The translations under genes and the position numbers were made by a program. Under the pieces are notes generated by a model. That model was not told where the DNA came from. It searched no databases and worked only from the letters and a program-made list of their open reading frames with translations. A stretch of DNA of 64,000 bases, from positions 3,819 through 67,818 of the forward strand of contig CAAGBI010000070.1 of NCBI GenBank assembly GCA_900768015.1, given 5' to 3'. The DNA comes from an uncultured Alistipes sp. Its GTDB lineage: Bacteria > Bacteroidota > Bacteroidia > Bacteroidales > Rikenellaceae. Below, one piece after another: positions 47,442 to 56,417 of the stretch (position 1 is its first letter; every line of letters starts with the position of its first letter).

Positions 47442-48053
47442 ATGGAGAACAACAAACTTCAGGAGCTTACACAAAAGCTCTACAACGATGGCTTGGAGAA
47501 GGGTCGTTCGGAGGCTGAGCGTCTTGTAGCCGAGGCAAAGGAGCAGGCTGCAAAAATCGTGGCTGATGCTCGCGCTGAGGCTGAGGCTATCAACAAGGCA
47601 GCAGAGTTGCGCGCTGAGGATGTAGCAAAGAACGCTATGACCGAGATTACACTCGCAGGTCGTCAGGCTGTGTCAAAGATTAAGACTGAGCTTGCTGAGG
47701 CGGTTATCATGAAGTCTACTGGCGAGGCTGTAAAGGCTGCGACTATGGATGCTGCGTTTGTTAAGGATATGCTCTTGGCAGTAGCGCAGAACTGGAACGC
47801 TAACACCGCAGATGTTTCGCTCAAGGCGTTGTTGCCCGAGGAGAAGCGCGCAGAGTTGGATGCTGCAATGCAGAAGAGCGCTACGGAGCTTCTCAAGGCA
47901 GGCGTAGAGGTTGGCTACTCTAAGGATGTTAAGACAGGCTTTAAGCTTGGCGAGAAGAACGGTGGCTACTACATCTCGTTCACTGATGAGAGCTTCGATG
48001 CCCTTTTGAAGGAGTATCTACGCGAGAAGGTGTCTAACATGCTCTATAAGTAG
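47442..48053 (+). CDS. ntpE: V/A-type ATPase subunit E
   Basis: KLQELTQKLYNDGLEKG coiled coil; first gene of the V-ATPase operon. Confidence 0.85.
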   Translation: MENNKLQELTQKLYNDGLEKGRSEAERLVAEAKEQAAKIVADARAEAEAINKAAELRAEDVAKNAMTEITLAGRQAVSKIKTELAEAVIMKSTGEAVKAATMDAAFVKDMLLAVAQNWNANTADVSLKALLPEEKRAELDAAMQKSATELLKAGVEVGYSKDVKTGFKLGEKNGGYYISFTDESFDALLKEYLREKVSNMLYK

Positions 48054-48056
48054 GCT

Positions 48057-48899
48057 ATGTTCTCTACGGAGTATTACTATTTGGTTGCAGGGTTGCGCGA
48101 TTGGACGCTCGACTCTGATACCAAAGGTTTCGATGTTCGTGAGATTATCGACGAGATAGTTGGTGAGCTTACGAAGAGCGATCGTGAGGCTGTGCGCATG
48201 TTGTACGCCTACTACGATTGCGAAAACATTATTGCGCGTCGTGCCAAGCGTGAGCGTCATAACCAGCTTGGTAACCTCTCGGCCGAGCAGATCGCAGAGG
48301 TGCTCGAGGAGCGTAACTACTCATTGCTCACTCCCGCAGTTGCAAAGTGCGTGAAGCTCTATGTGGAGGCGGATGATGAGGAGCGCGACGAGGAGGTTAC
48401 ACTCGATGCAAGCTTCGAGCGTGCAATATTTGAGGCCTACTACCGCGACTTGGCAGAGTCTAAGGTATCATTCCTCAAGGAGTGGGGTGCCTTCGACCGC
48501 AACTTGCGTAATATTGCTGCTGCAATTGCTGCCCGCGAGGCAGGCCGTGTTGTGGCAGATGTAACTGTTGGTGATGGTGAGATTGTGGAGCAGCTCAAGC
48601 GCTCGACAGCCGCAGACTTCGGTTTGCGTGGCGAGTTGCCCTATGTCGACTCTGTTATCTCGGCTGTGAGTGACGAGAAGAATATCGTGGAGAAGGAGCG
48701 TAAGATTGACGCTATTCGCTGGGCTGAGGCCGAGGCGATGACTTCGTTCGATTTCTTTACCATCAACTTCATTCTCTCATATCTTGTCAAGGTCAACATC
48801 GTAGCGCGTTGGACACTGCTCTCACCCGAGGTGGGTCGCGAGATGCTCAACCGCTTGATTAAGGAGCTTGACGCCAAAGAGCTTGTGAATAAACAATAA
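48057..48899 (+). CDS. DUF2764 family protein (V-ATPase subunit C-like)
   Basis: YYYLVAGL, F.RNLRNI, E.ERKID.IRW, F....ILSYLVK..I..RW; located between subunits E and A. Confidence 0.8.
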   Translation: MFSTEYYYLVAGLRDWTLDSDTKGFDVREIIDEIVGELTKSDREAVRMLYAYYDCENIIARRAKRERHNQLGNLSAEQIAEVLEERNYSLLTPAVAKCVKLYVEADDEERDEEVTLDASFERAIFEAYYRDLAESKVSFLKEWGAFDRNLRNIAAAIAAREAGRVVADVTVGDGEIVEQLKRSTAADFGLRGELPYVDSVISAVSDEKNIVEKERKIDAIRWAEAEAMTSFDFFTINFILSYLVKVNIVARWTLLSPEVGREMLNRLIKELDAKELVNKQ

Positions 48900-48913
48900 A
48901 ACTACATAAACGA

Positions 48914-50671
48914 ATGAAAACATTAGGACGTGTAAACGGTATTATCTCGAACATCGTTATCGCCAAGGTTGACGGTCCGGTGGGTCAGAATGAGATATGC
49001 CATGTGTATTGCGGTGATGTCCGCATGATGGCTGAGGTCATCAAGGTCATAGGCGACGAGGCCTATGTACAGGTATACGACTCTACACGCGGTTTGAAGA
49101 TTGGTGACAAGGTGGAGTTCGAGGGTCACATGCTCGAGGCTACACTTGCCCCAGGTCTTTTGTCGCGTAACTACGACGGTTTGCAGAACGACTTGGAGAA
49201 GATGGACGGCTTGTTCATCAACCGCGGTTCTATTACTGACCCTATCGACTTCGATGCTAAGTGGGACTTCAAGCCACTTGCAAAGGCTGGCGACAAGGTT
49301 ACTGCTGGTGACTGGCTCGGTGAGGTTAAGGAGCAGTGGGTAATGCACAAGATTATGGTCCCCTTCGTAATGCAGGGTGCATATACAGTTAAGAGCGTTG
49401 TTGCTGCTGGCGAGTATAAGGTTACTGATACTATCGCAGTGGTAGCGGATGCTGATGGCAACGAGTACAACATCACAATGGTTCAGAAGTGGCCCGTGAA
49501 GCAGGCTATCCGCTGCTTCACTGAGAAGCCTCGTCCTTCGCGCGTGATGGAGACAGGTGTTCGTGCTATCGATACATTCAACCCATTGGCTGAGGGTGGT
49601 ACAGGCTTTATCCCTGGTCCCTTCGGTGCAGGTAAGACCGTGCTTCAGCACGCAATCTCTAAGCAGGCCGAGGCTGATGTAATCATCATCGTGGCGTGTG
49701 GTGAGCGTGCTAACGAGGTTGTGGAGATCTTTGCTGAGTTCCCCGAGTTGGTTGACCCACGCACAGGCCACAAACTTATGGAGCGTACCATTATTATCTG
49801 TAACACATCGAACATGCCCGTTGCTGCGCGTGAGGCGTCAGTATATACAGGTATGACCATCGGTGAGTACTATCGTTCTATGGGTTTGAAGGTTTTGGTA
49901 ATGGCGGACTCTACATCGCGTTGGGCGCAGGCTCTCCGTGAGATGTCTAACCGTTTGGAGGAGCTTCCTGGTCAGGATGCCTTCCCTATGGACCTTTCAG
50001 CCGTTATCTCTAACTTCTACTCTCGCGCAGGTCTCGTTAAGTTGAACAATGGCGCTACAGGTTCTGTAACATTCCTCGGTACCGTATCACCCGCGGGTGG
50101 TAACCTCAAGGAGCCTGTTACGGAGTCTACAAAGAAGGCTGCGCGTTGCTTCTACGCTTTGTCGCAGAGCCGTGCCGACTCTAAGCGCTATCCTGCTATC
50201 GACCCACTCGACTCTTACTCTAAGTATTTGGAGTATCCCGAGGTACGCGAGTACTTGGATGAGCACATCGAGAAGAACTGGGTAGATGCTGTCTACGAGG
50301 GTAAGACTATCGTGCAGCGTGGTAAGGAGGCAAACGACCAGATTAATATCTTGGGTGATGACGGTGTACCCGTTGAGTACCACGAGCGTTTCTGGAAGAG
50401 TGAGTTGCTCGACTCTGTAATCTTGCAGCAGGATGCCTTCGACTCTATCGATGCTAACTGTCCTATCGAGCGTCAGAAGATGATGTACAACATGGTACTC
50501 GGCATCTGCCGCAATTCGTACGACTTGGCAGACTTCGAGGAGTGTTCTAAGTTCTTCAAGGAGCTTATCTACTTGTTCCGTCAGATGAACTACTCTGAGT
50601 GGAAGTCTGAGCAGTTTGACGGCTTCAAGCTCAAGATTGAGAACCTCGTAAATGAGAAACTTGAAAAATAA
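48914..50671 (+). CDS. ntpA: V/A-type ATPase subunit A (catalytic)
   Basis: IPGPFGAGKT, CGERANE, NTSNMPVAAREAS, ADSTSRWAQALRE, VSPAGGN. Confidence 0.97.
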   Translation: MKTLGRVNGIISNIVIAKVDGPVGQNEICHVYCGDVRMMAEVIKVIGDEAYVQVYDSTRGLKIGDKVEFEGHMLEATLAPGLLSRNYDGLQNDLEKMDGLFINRGSITDPIDFDAKWDFKPLAKAGDKVTAGDWLGEVKEQWVMHKIMVPFVMQGAYTVKSVVAAGEYKVTDTIAVVADADGNEYNITMVQKWPVKQAIRCFTEKPRPSRVMETGVRAIDTFNPLAEGGTGFIPGPFGAGKTVLQHAISKQAEADVIIIVACGERANEVVEIFAEFPELVDPRTGHKLMERTIIICNTSNMPVAAREASVYTGMTIGEYYRSMGLKVLVMADSTSRWAQALREMSNRLEELPGQDAFPMDLSAVISNFYSRAGLVKLNNGATGSVTFLGTVSPAGGNLKEPVTESTKKAARCFYALSQSRADSKRYPAIDPLDSYSKYLEYPEVREYLDEHIEKNWVDAVYEGKTIVQRGKEANDQINILGDDGVPVEYHERFWKSELLDSVILQQDAFDSIDANCPIERQKMMYNMVLGICRNSYDLADFEECSKFFKELIYLFRQMNYSEWKSEQFDGFKLKIENLVNEKLEK

Positions 50672-50679
50672 GAGAAGCT

Positions 50680-51999
50680 ATGACAACACGAGCATTTCAG
50701 AAAGTATATACAAAGATTGACAACATCACCAAGGCTACCATTACGCTTCGTGCTACAGGCGTAGGTAACGACGAGCTTGCTACCGTAGGTGGCCGCTTGG
50801 CACAGGTGGTAAAGATTATGGGCGACAAGGTTACGCTTCAGGTGTTCGCAGGTACCGAGGGTCTTGCAACAAACTCTGAGGTTGTATTCCACGGTGAGCC
50901 CCCCGTATTGCGCGTATCAGACGCTTTGGCGGGTCGTTTCTTCAACGCATATGGCGAGCCACTCGAGGGTGGTGAGCAGATTGAGGGTGAGGCACGCGAG
51001 ATTGGCGGCCCTACCGTAAACCCCTTCCGTCGTATCCAGCCTTCGGAGCTTATCGCTACAGGTATCGCAGGTATCGACCTTAACAACACCATCGTATCAG
51101 GTCAGAAGATTCCATTCTTCGCTGACCCCGATCAGCCCTATAATGCCGTTATGGCTAATGTAGCACTCCGTGCAAAGGCCGACAAGATTATCTTGGGTGG
51201 TATGGGTCTTACCAACGACGACTTCCTCTACTTTAAGCATGTCTTCGAGAACGCAGGTGCTTTGGACCGTATCGTATCGTTCGTGAACACTACAGATAAC
51301 CCTCCCGTTGAGCGTCTTTTGGTGCCCGATATGGCATTGACAGCTGCCGAGTACTTCGCAGTAGATAAGGGCGAGAAGGTGTTGGTATTGTTGACCGATA
51401 TGACCCTTTATGCCGATGCTTTGGCTATCGTTTCGAACCGTATGGACCAGATTCCTTCGAAGGACTCTATGCCTGGTTCACTCTACTCAGACTTGGCAAA
51501 GATCTACGAGAAGGCCGTGCAGTTGCCTAACGGTGGTTCAATCACCATCATCGCCGTTACAACACTTTCAGGTGGCGATATTACTCACGCTATTCCCGAT
51601 AACACTGGTTATATCACCGAGGGTCAGCTCTTCTTGCGTAACGACACCGACACCGGTAAGGTTATCGTTGACCCATTCCGTTCGTTGTCTCGTTTGAAGC
51701 AGTTGGTAATCGGTAAGAAGACTCGTGAGGATCACCCACAGGTTATGAACGCCTGCGTGCGTTTGTATGCCGATGCTGCTAACGCAAAGACAAAGTTGGA
51801 GAATGGTTTCGACCTCTCGGACTACGACGAGCGTGCATTGAAGTTTGCTCACGACTACTCGGAGAAGTTGCTCTCTATCGATGTAAACATCGAGATCGAG
51901 CAGATGCTTGACACCGCTTGGACACTCTTCGCGAAGTACTTCAACAAGGGTGAGGTAAGCATCAAACAGGAGCTCTCAGATAAATATTGGAAAGCATAA
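50680..51999 (+). CDS. ntpB: V/A-type ATPase subunit B
   Basis: TGIAGID..NTIV.GQKIP, LTAAEY, DMT.YADAL, MPGSLYSDLA.IYE, TH.IPDNTGYITEGQ. Confidence 0.97.
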   Translation: MTTRAFQKVYTKIDNITKATITLRATGVGNDELATVGGRLAQVVKIMGDKVTLQVFAGTEGLATNSEVVFHGEPPVLRVSDALAGRFFNAYGEPLEGGEQIEGEAREIGGPTVNPFRRIQPSELIATGIAGIDLNNTIVSGQKIPFFADPDQPYNAVMANVALRAKADKIILGGMGLTNDDFLYFKHVFENAGALDRIVSFVNTTDNPPVERLLVPDMALTAAEYFAVDKGEKVLVLLTDMTLYADALAIVSNRMDQIPSKDSMPGSLYSDLAKIYEKAVQLPNGGSITIIAVTTLSGGDITHAIPDNTGYITEGQLFLRNDTDTGKVIVDPFRSLSRLKQLVIGKKTREDHPQVMNACVRLYADAANAKTKLENGFDLSDYDERALKFAHDYSEKLLSIDVNIEIEQMLDTAWTLFAKYFNKGEVSIKQELSDKYWKA

Positions 52000-52008
52000 C
52001 GATAGCTT

Positions 52009-52623
52009 ATGGCAATCAAATTTCAGTATAACAAGACCTCGCTCGGTGAGCTGAACAAGCAGCTCAAAATCCGAAAGAATGCCCTGCCTACCATCAAGAG
52101 TAAGGAGAGTGCATTGCGTTCGGAGGTTAAGCGTGCGAAGGACTCCGCATTAGCCTTCCGTAAGGAGTTGGACGAGCTTATTGCCGCCTACGACTATATG
52201 GTGCAGCTTTGGGGAGAGTTTGATTGTGACCTAATCCGCATCGTCGATGTTGAACTCTCGACACAGAAGATTGCGGGCGTGCGCATACCTATATTAAATG
52301 ACATTGTCTACGAGGAGAAGCCTTACGACTTGTTCTCAGCCCCAGTTTGGTATGCTGAGGGTATCAGAGTTCTCAAGCAGATGTCTCGTCTCGGTATCGA
52401 ATTCGAGGTGCATCAGCACAAGATGGAGCTCTTGGACTATGCGCGACGCAAAACTACTCAGAAGGTAAACCTCTACGAAAAGGTTCAGATACCTGGTTAT
52501 GAGGATGCCATACGCAAGATTAAGCGATTTATGGAGGACGAGGAGAACCTCAGTAAGTCGGCACAAAAGATTGTGAAAACTCGTCAGGCGCAAGCCGAGG
52601 CTATGGAGGAGCCTAACGCATGA
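52009..52623 (+). CDS. ntpD: V/A-type ATPase subunit D
   Basis: LPTIKSKESALR, IAGVRIP, RKTTQKVNLYEKVQIP. Confidence 0.95.
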   Translation: MAIKFQYNKTSLGELNKQLKIRKNALPTIKSKESALRSEVKRAKDSALAFRKELDELIAAYDYMVQLWGEFDCDLIRIVDVELSTQKIAGVRIPILNDIVYEEKPYDLFSAPVWYAEGIRVLKQMSRLGIEFEVHQHKMELLDYARRKTTQKVNLYEKVQIPGYEDAIRKIKRFMEDEENLSKSAQKIVKTRQAQAEAMEEPNA

Positions 52624-54470
52624 TCAGTAAGATGATACGCTATGACATTGTGCTCTATGCTGGTGAGCAGGAACGCTTTGTCGAGACACTTCGCGAGCTT
52701 GGTTTGGTGGATATCACCACCACAGGCTGGGAGCCCTCGGAGGATGACCGCGCGGTGCTCGTTGAGATTGAGGCACGCACAAAGGCTATTGAGTTCCTCT
52801 CATCGTTTGCAAAGTCTAAGGCGTTTAACGCTAATGCGTTGCCCTATGCAACTGGTGAGGAGGCATACGAGTGCTACGCCGCTGCACGCGAGGATCGCCA
52901 GCAGTTGCAGCAGGAGGAGGCACGCCTTCGTAAGTTGGCCGACGATGTAGCTCCATGGGGTAACTTCTCGGCATCGGATATCGAGCGCCTTGCAAGTCGT
53001 GGTGTCACTGTCCGTCTCTTTACGGCTCAGGCTGCGGCTTATGACCGCTTCGTTGCTGAGGCTGTGGAGGGCGTTACCGTAGCGGAGATTGCCCGCACAC
53101 AGTCGGGTGTATGCTTCGCTGTTGTGACGACTGACGATGTGCAGTATATCGTAGATGGTCAGGAGGTACGCCTTCCTGATATGAATAGCGCACAGCTCCG
53201 CGCCAAGGCCGATGAGTTGGTTGCCCGCGACGAGGCCCTCAATGAGGTATTCTCACGCGCAGCACTCTCAACCGCGCTTATCGCTTCGGAGAGTGGTCAG
53301 CTCAAGGAGCGTTTGCAGGGCTTGAAGGTGGGTGCTACGGCGCAGCGCGAGGCTGATGGCTCGCTTATCCTCTTGGAGGGTTGGGCCGAGGCTGATACGG
53401 CTGATAGGGTAGATGCCCTCTTAAAGGAGTACCCCTATCTCGTCTTTGAGCGTCGCGACGCTACGATGGATGACGATGCCCCCGTAAAGCTTAAGAACAA
53501 CAAGTTTGCACGCTTGTTTGAGCTTATCGGTGCGATGTACGCACTCCCAAAGTACGGCACAATGGACCTTACGGGCATCTTCGGCATATTCTACATGCTC
53601 TTCTTCGCTATCTGCTTGTGCGATGCGGGCTATGGATTAGTGCTCCTCATGGTGGGCTTGTACCTATGGTTTAAGGGCGGTAAGGGTATGCGTCAGGCTG
53701 CGGGCTTGTCGATAGTGTGTGCTTCGGCAACCGTGGCATTTGGCTTCTACGCTAACTCCTTCTTTGGCTTGACCATTTCGGACTACTTGCCTATCCACAA
53801 GGATATGCTCTTGGACTTCCAGAACGAGTTCTTCGGTATTGCCTTGGCACTCGGTGTATTCCAGATTTTGGTGGGCTTGGCTATCAATATTTGGATGAAG
53901 GCGAAGCTCTTTGGCATCACCTCTACATTCGGCACCCTGGGATGGTTTATCATCCTGCTTACGGGCGTCGCTGCTGCAGGTTTGCCAATGATGGGCATAG
54001 AGATTCCTGGTCTCACAATGTCATCACCCGTGTTCTACGGCTTGATGGGTGTGGGTGCGTTGTTTATGTTGGTGCTTAACAATGTTAAGCGTAACCCCAT
54101 CATTAACATCGGCGCTGGTTTGTGGGATGCCTATAACAACATCACAGGTTTGTTGAGCGATGTGTTGAGCTACATCCGTCTCTTCGCCATCGGCTTGTCT
54201 GGTGGTGTGTTGGCGCAGGTGTTCAACTCATTGGCAAAGGGTCTCTCTGGCTTTGGCGATATCGCTGCAGATGCACCTTGGACTGCGTATATCGGTCCTG
54301 TAATCGGTGCGGCTGTAATCCTGATTATCGGCCATGCCATCAACCTCTTTATGTCGGCTATCTCGTCATTCGTTCACCCTATGCGTTTGACATTTGTCGA
54401 GTTTTACAAGAATGCAGGTTTCGAGATGAGCCAGCGCTCGTTCGACCCCATTCGCAAAATTAAGGAATAA
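52620..54470 (+). CDS. ntpI: V/A-type ATPase subunit I (a)
   Basis: EGW, PVKLKNN, P.Y...D, FFA....DAGYG, DVLSYIRLFAIGL, HPMRLTFVEFY. Confidence 0.95.
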   Translation: MISKMIRYDIVLYAGEQERFVETLRELGLVDITTTGWEPSEDDRAVLVEIEARTKAIEFLSSFAKSKAFNANALPYATGEEAYECYAAAREDRQQLQQEEARLRKLADDVAPWGNFSASDIERLASRGVTVRLFTAQAAAYDRFVAEAVEGVTVAEIARTQSGVCFAVVTTDDVQYIVDGQEVRLPDMNSAQLRAKADELVARDEALNEVFSRAALSTALIASESGQLKERLQGLKVGATAQREADGSLILLEGWAEADTADRVDALLKEYPYLVFERRDATMDDDAPVKLKNNKFARLFELIGAMYALPKYGTMDLTGIFGIFYMLFFAICLCDAGYGLVLLMVGLYLWFKGGKGMRQAAGLSIVCASATVAFGFYANSFFGLTISDYLPIHKDMLLDFQNEFFGIALALGVFQILVGLAINIWMKAKLFGITSTFGTLGWFIILLTGVAAAGLPMMGIEIPGLTMSSPVFYGLMGVGALFMLVLNNVKRNPIINIGAGLWDAYNNITGLLSDVLSYIRLFAIGLSGGVLAQVFNSLAKGLSGFGDIAADAPWTAYIGPVIGAAVILIIGHAINLFMSAISSFVHPMRLTFVEFYKNAGFEMSQRSFDPIRKIKE

Positions 54471-54511
54471 GAATAACAAATAATAATTAACAAATTAAAA
54501 CTTAAACAATT

Positions 54512-55069
54512 ATGAGTACAGCATTGATTTTTGCTTATTTGGGCGTTGCCCTTATGGTAGGTGTATCAGGTTTGGCATCTGCAGTTGCAACTGCGCGTTG
54601 CGGTATGGCCTCTGTAGGCGCTATGAAGAAGAATGCAGGCGCATTCGGTAGCTACATGATCCTCTCGGCGCTTCCTGGTTCACAGGGTCTCTACGGTTTC
54701 GTAGGCTTCTTTATGGTTAACGACTACATCCAGGCTGATATGTCTATGATGACTGCTGTTGGTATCTTCGGCGCTGGTCTCTTGATGGCTATCGTTACTT
54801 TGTCTTCAGCTTTGTTCCAGGCTAAGGTTTGTGCTAACGGTATCGTTTCAATCGGTAACGGTAACGATGTTATGGGTAAGACCCTTATCCTCGCTGCGTT
54901 CCCCGAGTTGTACGCTATCTTGGGTGTTGCTGCTACCTTCCTTATCTCAGGTGCTATCGCTCCTGTGGAGGTTGCTGCTGAGGAGGCTCCCGAGGCAGTT
55001 GTTGAGACTGTAGTCGAGGCTCCCGCTGCTGAGGAGGCAGTAGAGGTTGTAGATGTTGTTGCTGAGTAA
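54512..55069 (+). CDS. ntpK: V/A-type ATPase subunit K (c), four TM helices plus acidic tail
   Basis: ALPGSQGLYG, LFQAKV, AFPELYA. Confidence 0.93.
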   Translation: MSTALIFAYLGVALMVGVSGLASAVATARCGMASVGAMKKNAGAFGSYMILSALPGSQGLYGFVGFFMVNDYIQADMSMMTAVGIFGAGLLMAIVTLSSALFQAKVCANGIVSIGNGNDVMGKTLILAAFPELYAILGVAATFLISGAIAPVEVAAEEAPEAVVETVVEAPAAEEAVEVVDVVAE

Positions 55070-55086
55070 TTTAGCCCTACAACCCC

Positions 55087-55130
55087 AAAAAGTAATAGCG
55101 GACATTTCGGTGTCCGCTATTACTTTTTTT
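55087..55130. terminator. Bidirectional terminator between V-ATPase operon and ruvB
   Basis: aaaaagtaatagcggaca/tgtccgctattacttttt perfect stem. Confidence 0.85.
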
Positions 55131-55170
55131 ATGCCATCAACCTGCGATTGAGGTAGGGTGGTCTATATTG

Positions 55171-56187
55171 CTAAAACAGAGATTGTTCCTCGGTGGAGTT
55201 GTATGTGTAGCCGAGGTGCTTATATGCCTGCTCCGTAGCCTCTCGACCACGAGGGGTGCGCTTAAGAAAACCCTCCTTAATGAGGAATGGCTCGTAGACC
55301 TCCTCCACGGTGCCAGCCTCCTCACTCACGGCAGTAGCCACAGTGTTTAGACCCACGGGACCACCGTTGAACTTCTCGATAATCGTAGCCAAAATTTTGT
55401 TGTCCATCTGGTCAAGACCTCGCGAGTCGATGTTGAGTGCCGCAAGTGCTGTGCGAGTAATGTCCACATCGATATGTCCCTCGCCTACAACCATCGCAAA
55501 GTCGCGCACACGGCGCAGTAGGGCATTGGCAATACGAGGCGTACCACGCGAACGAAGGGCTATCTCCAACGCTGCGTCGTCGTCAATCGAAATTTCGAGG
55601 ATAGATGCCGAGCGCTTCACGATGCCCGACAACACGGGAGCATCGTAGTACTCTAAGTGGCAGGTGATGCCAAAGCGAGCACGAAGGGGCGAAGTGAGCA
55701 AGCCGCTTCGCGTCGTAGCGCCCACAAGGGTGAATGGCGCCAACTCAATCTGAATGCTTCGTGCCGCAGGACCCTTATCCAATACGATGTCAATTTTGTA
55801 GTCCTCCATCGCAGAGTAGAGATACTCCTCGACAATGGGACTTAGGCGGTGTATCTCGTCGATGAAGAGCACATCGCCAGGGTTTAGATTGGTGAGTAAG
55901 CCCGCCAAGTCGCCCGGCTTATCCAATACGGGGCCAGATGTTACCTTGAGCTGTGCGCCCATCTCGTTGGCGATGATGTTAGCAAGGGTAGTCTTACCCA
56001 ATCCCGGAGGGCCATGTAACAAGACATGGTCGAGCGAGTCGCCACGCATGAGTGCGGCCTTAATGAATATCTTGAGGTTAGCGACGATTTTGTCCTGACC
56101 AGCAAAGTTTTGCAGTTGCTGCGGGCGTATGCGGCTCTCGAACTCTTTGTCGCTCTCAATGTTACGCATATTTCTATCTATAGCCAT
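55171..56187 (-). CDS. ruvB: Holliday junction branch migration helicase RuvB
   Basis: [46 protein letters not shown]; start reassigned to 56187; promoter TATATTTG at 56211-56218. Confidence 0.98.
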   Translation of the reverse strand: MAIDRNMRNIESDKEFESRIRPQQLQNFAGQDKIVANLKIFIKAALMRGDSLDHVLLHGPPGLGKTTLANIIANEMGAQLKVTSGPVLDKPGDLAGLLTNLNPGDVLFIDEIHRLSPIVEEYLYSAMEDYKIDIVLDKGPAARSIQIELAPFTLVGATTRSGLLTSPLRARFGITCHLEYYDAPVLSGIVKRSASILEISIDDDAALEIALRSRGTPRIANALLRRVRDFAMVVGEGHIDVDITRTALAALNIDSRGLDQMDNKILATIIEKFNGGPVGLNTVATAVSEEAGTVEEVYEPFLIKEGFLKRTPRGREATEQAYKHLGYTYNSTEEQSLF

Positions 56188-56318
56188 AAATAAATCTGTG
56201 TTTTCAAACGCAAATATAACGAATTTTGTCGAATAAAACAATATCATAACATATTTCATTAACCAATATTGTGGAAGAGAAATATTGTCCTTTATTTTAT
56301 TTTTTTGAAAAGAAGTGC

Positions 56319-56357
56319 TATATTTGCAACCAAAGTACCATATCTCTTTGAGATATG
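56319..56357 (+). promoter_or_regulatory. -7 promoter plus downstream palindrome for the nuclease/TonB operon
   Basis: TATATTTG at 56319-56326; catatctc-ttt-gagatatg at 56339-56357. Confidence 0.6.
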
Positions 56358-56417
56358 ATAAGAGGCGTATGATTTATAACTTTTAATATTTTTTTAACTA
56401 ATTAACACAAAAGCATT

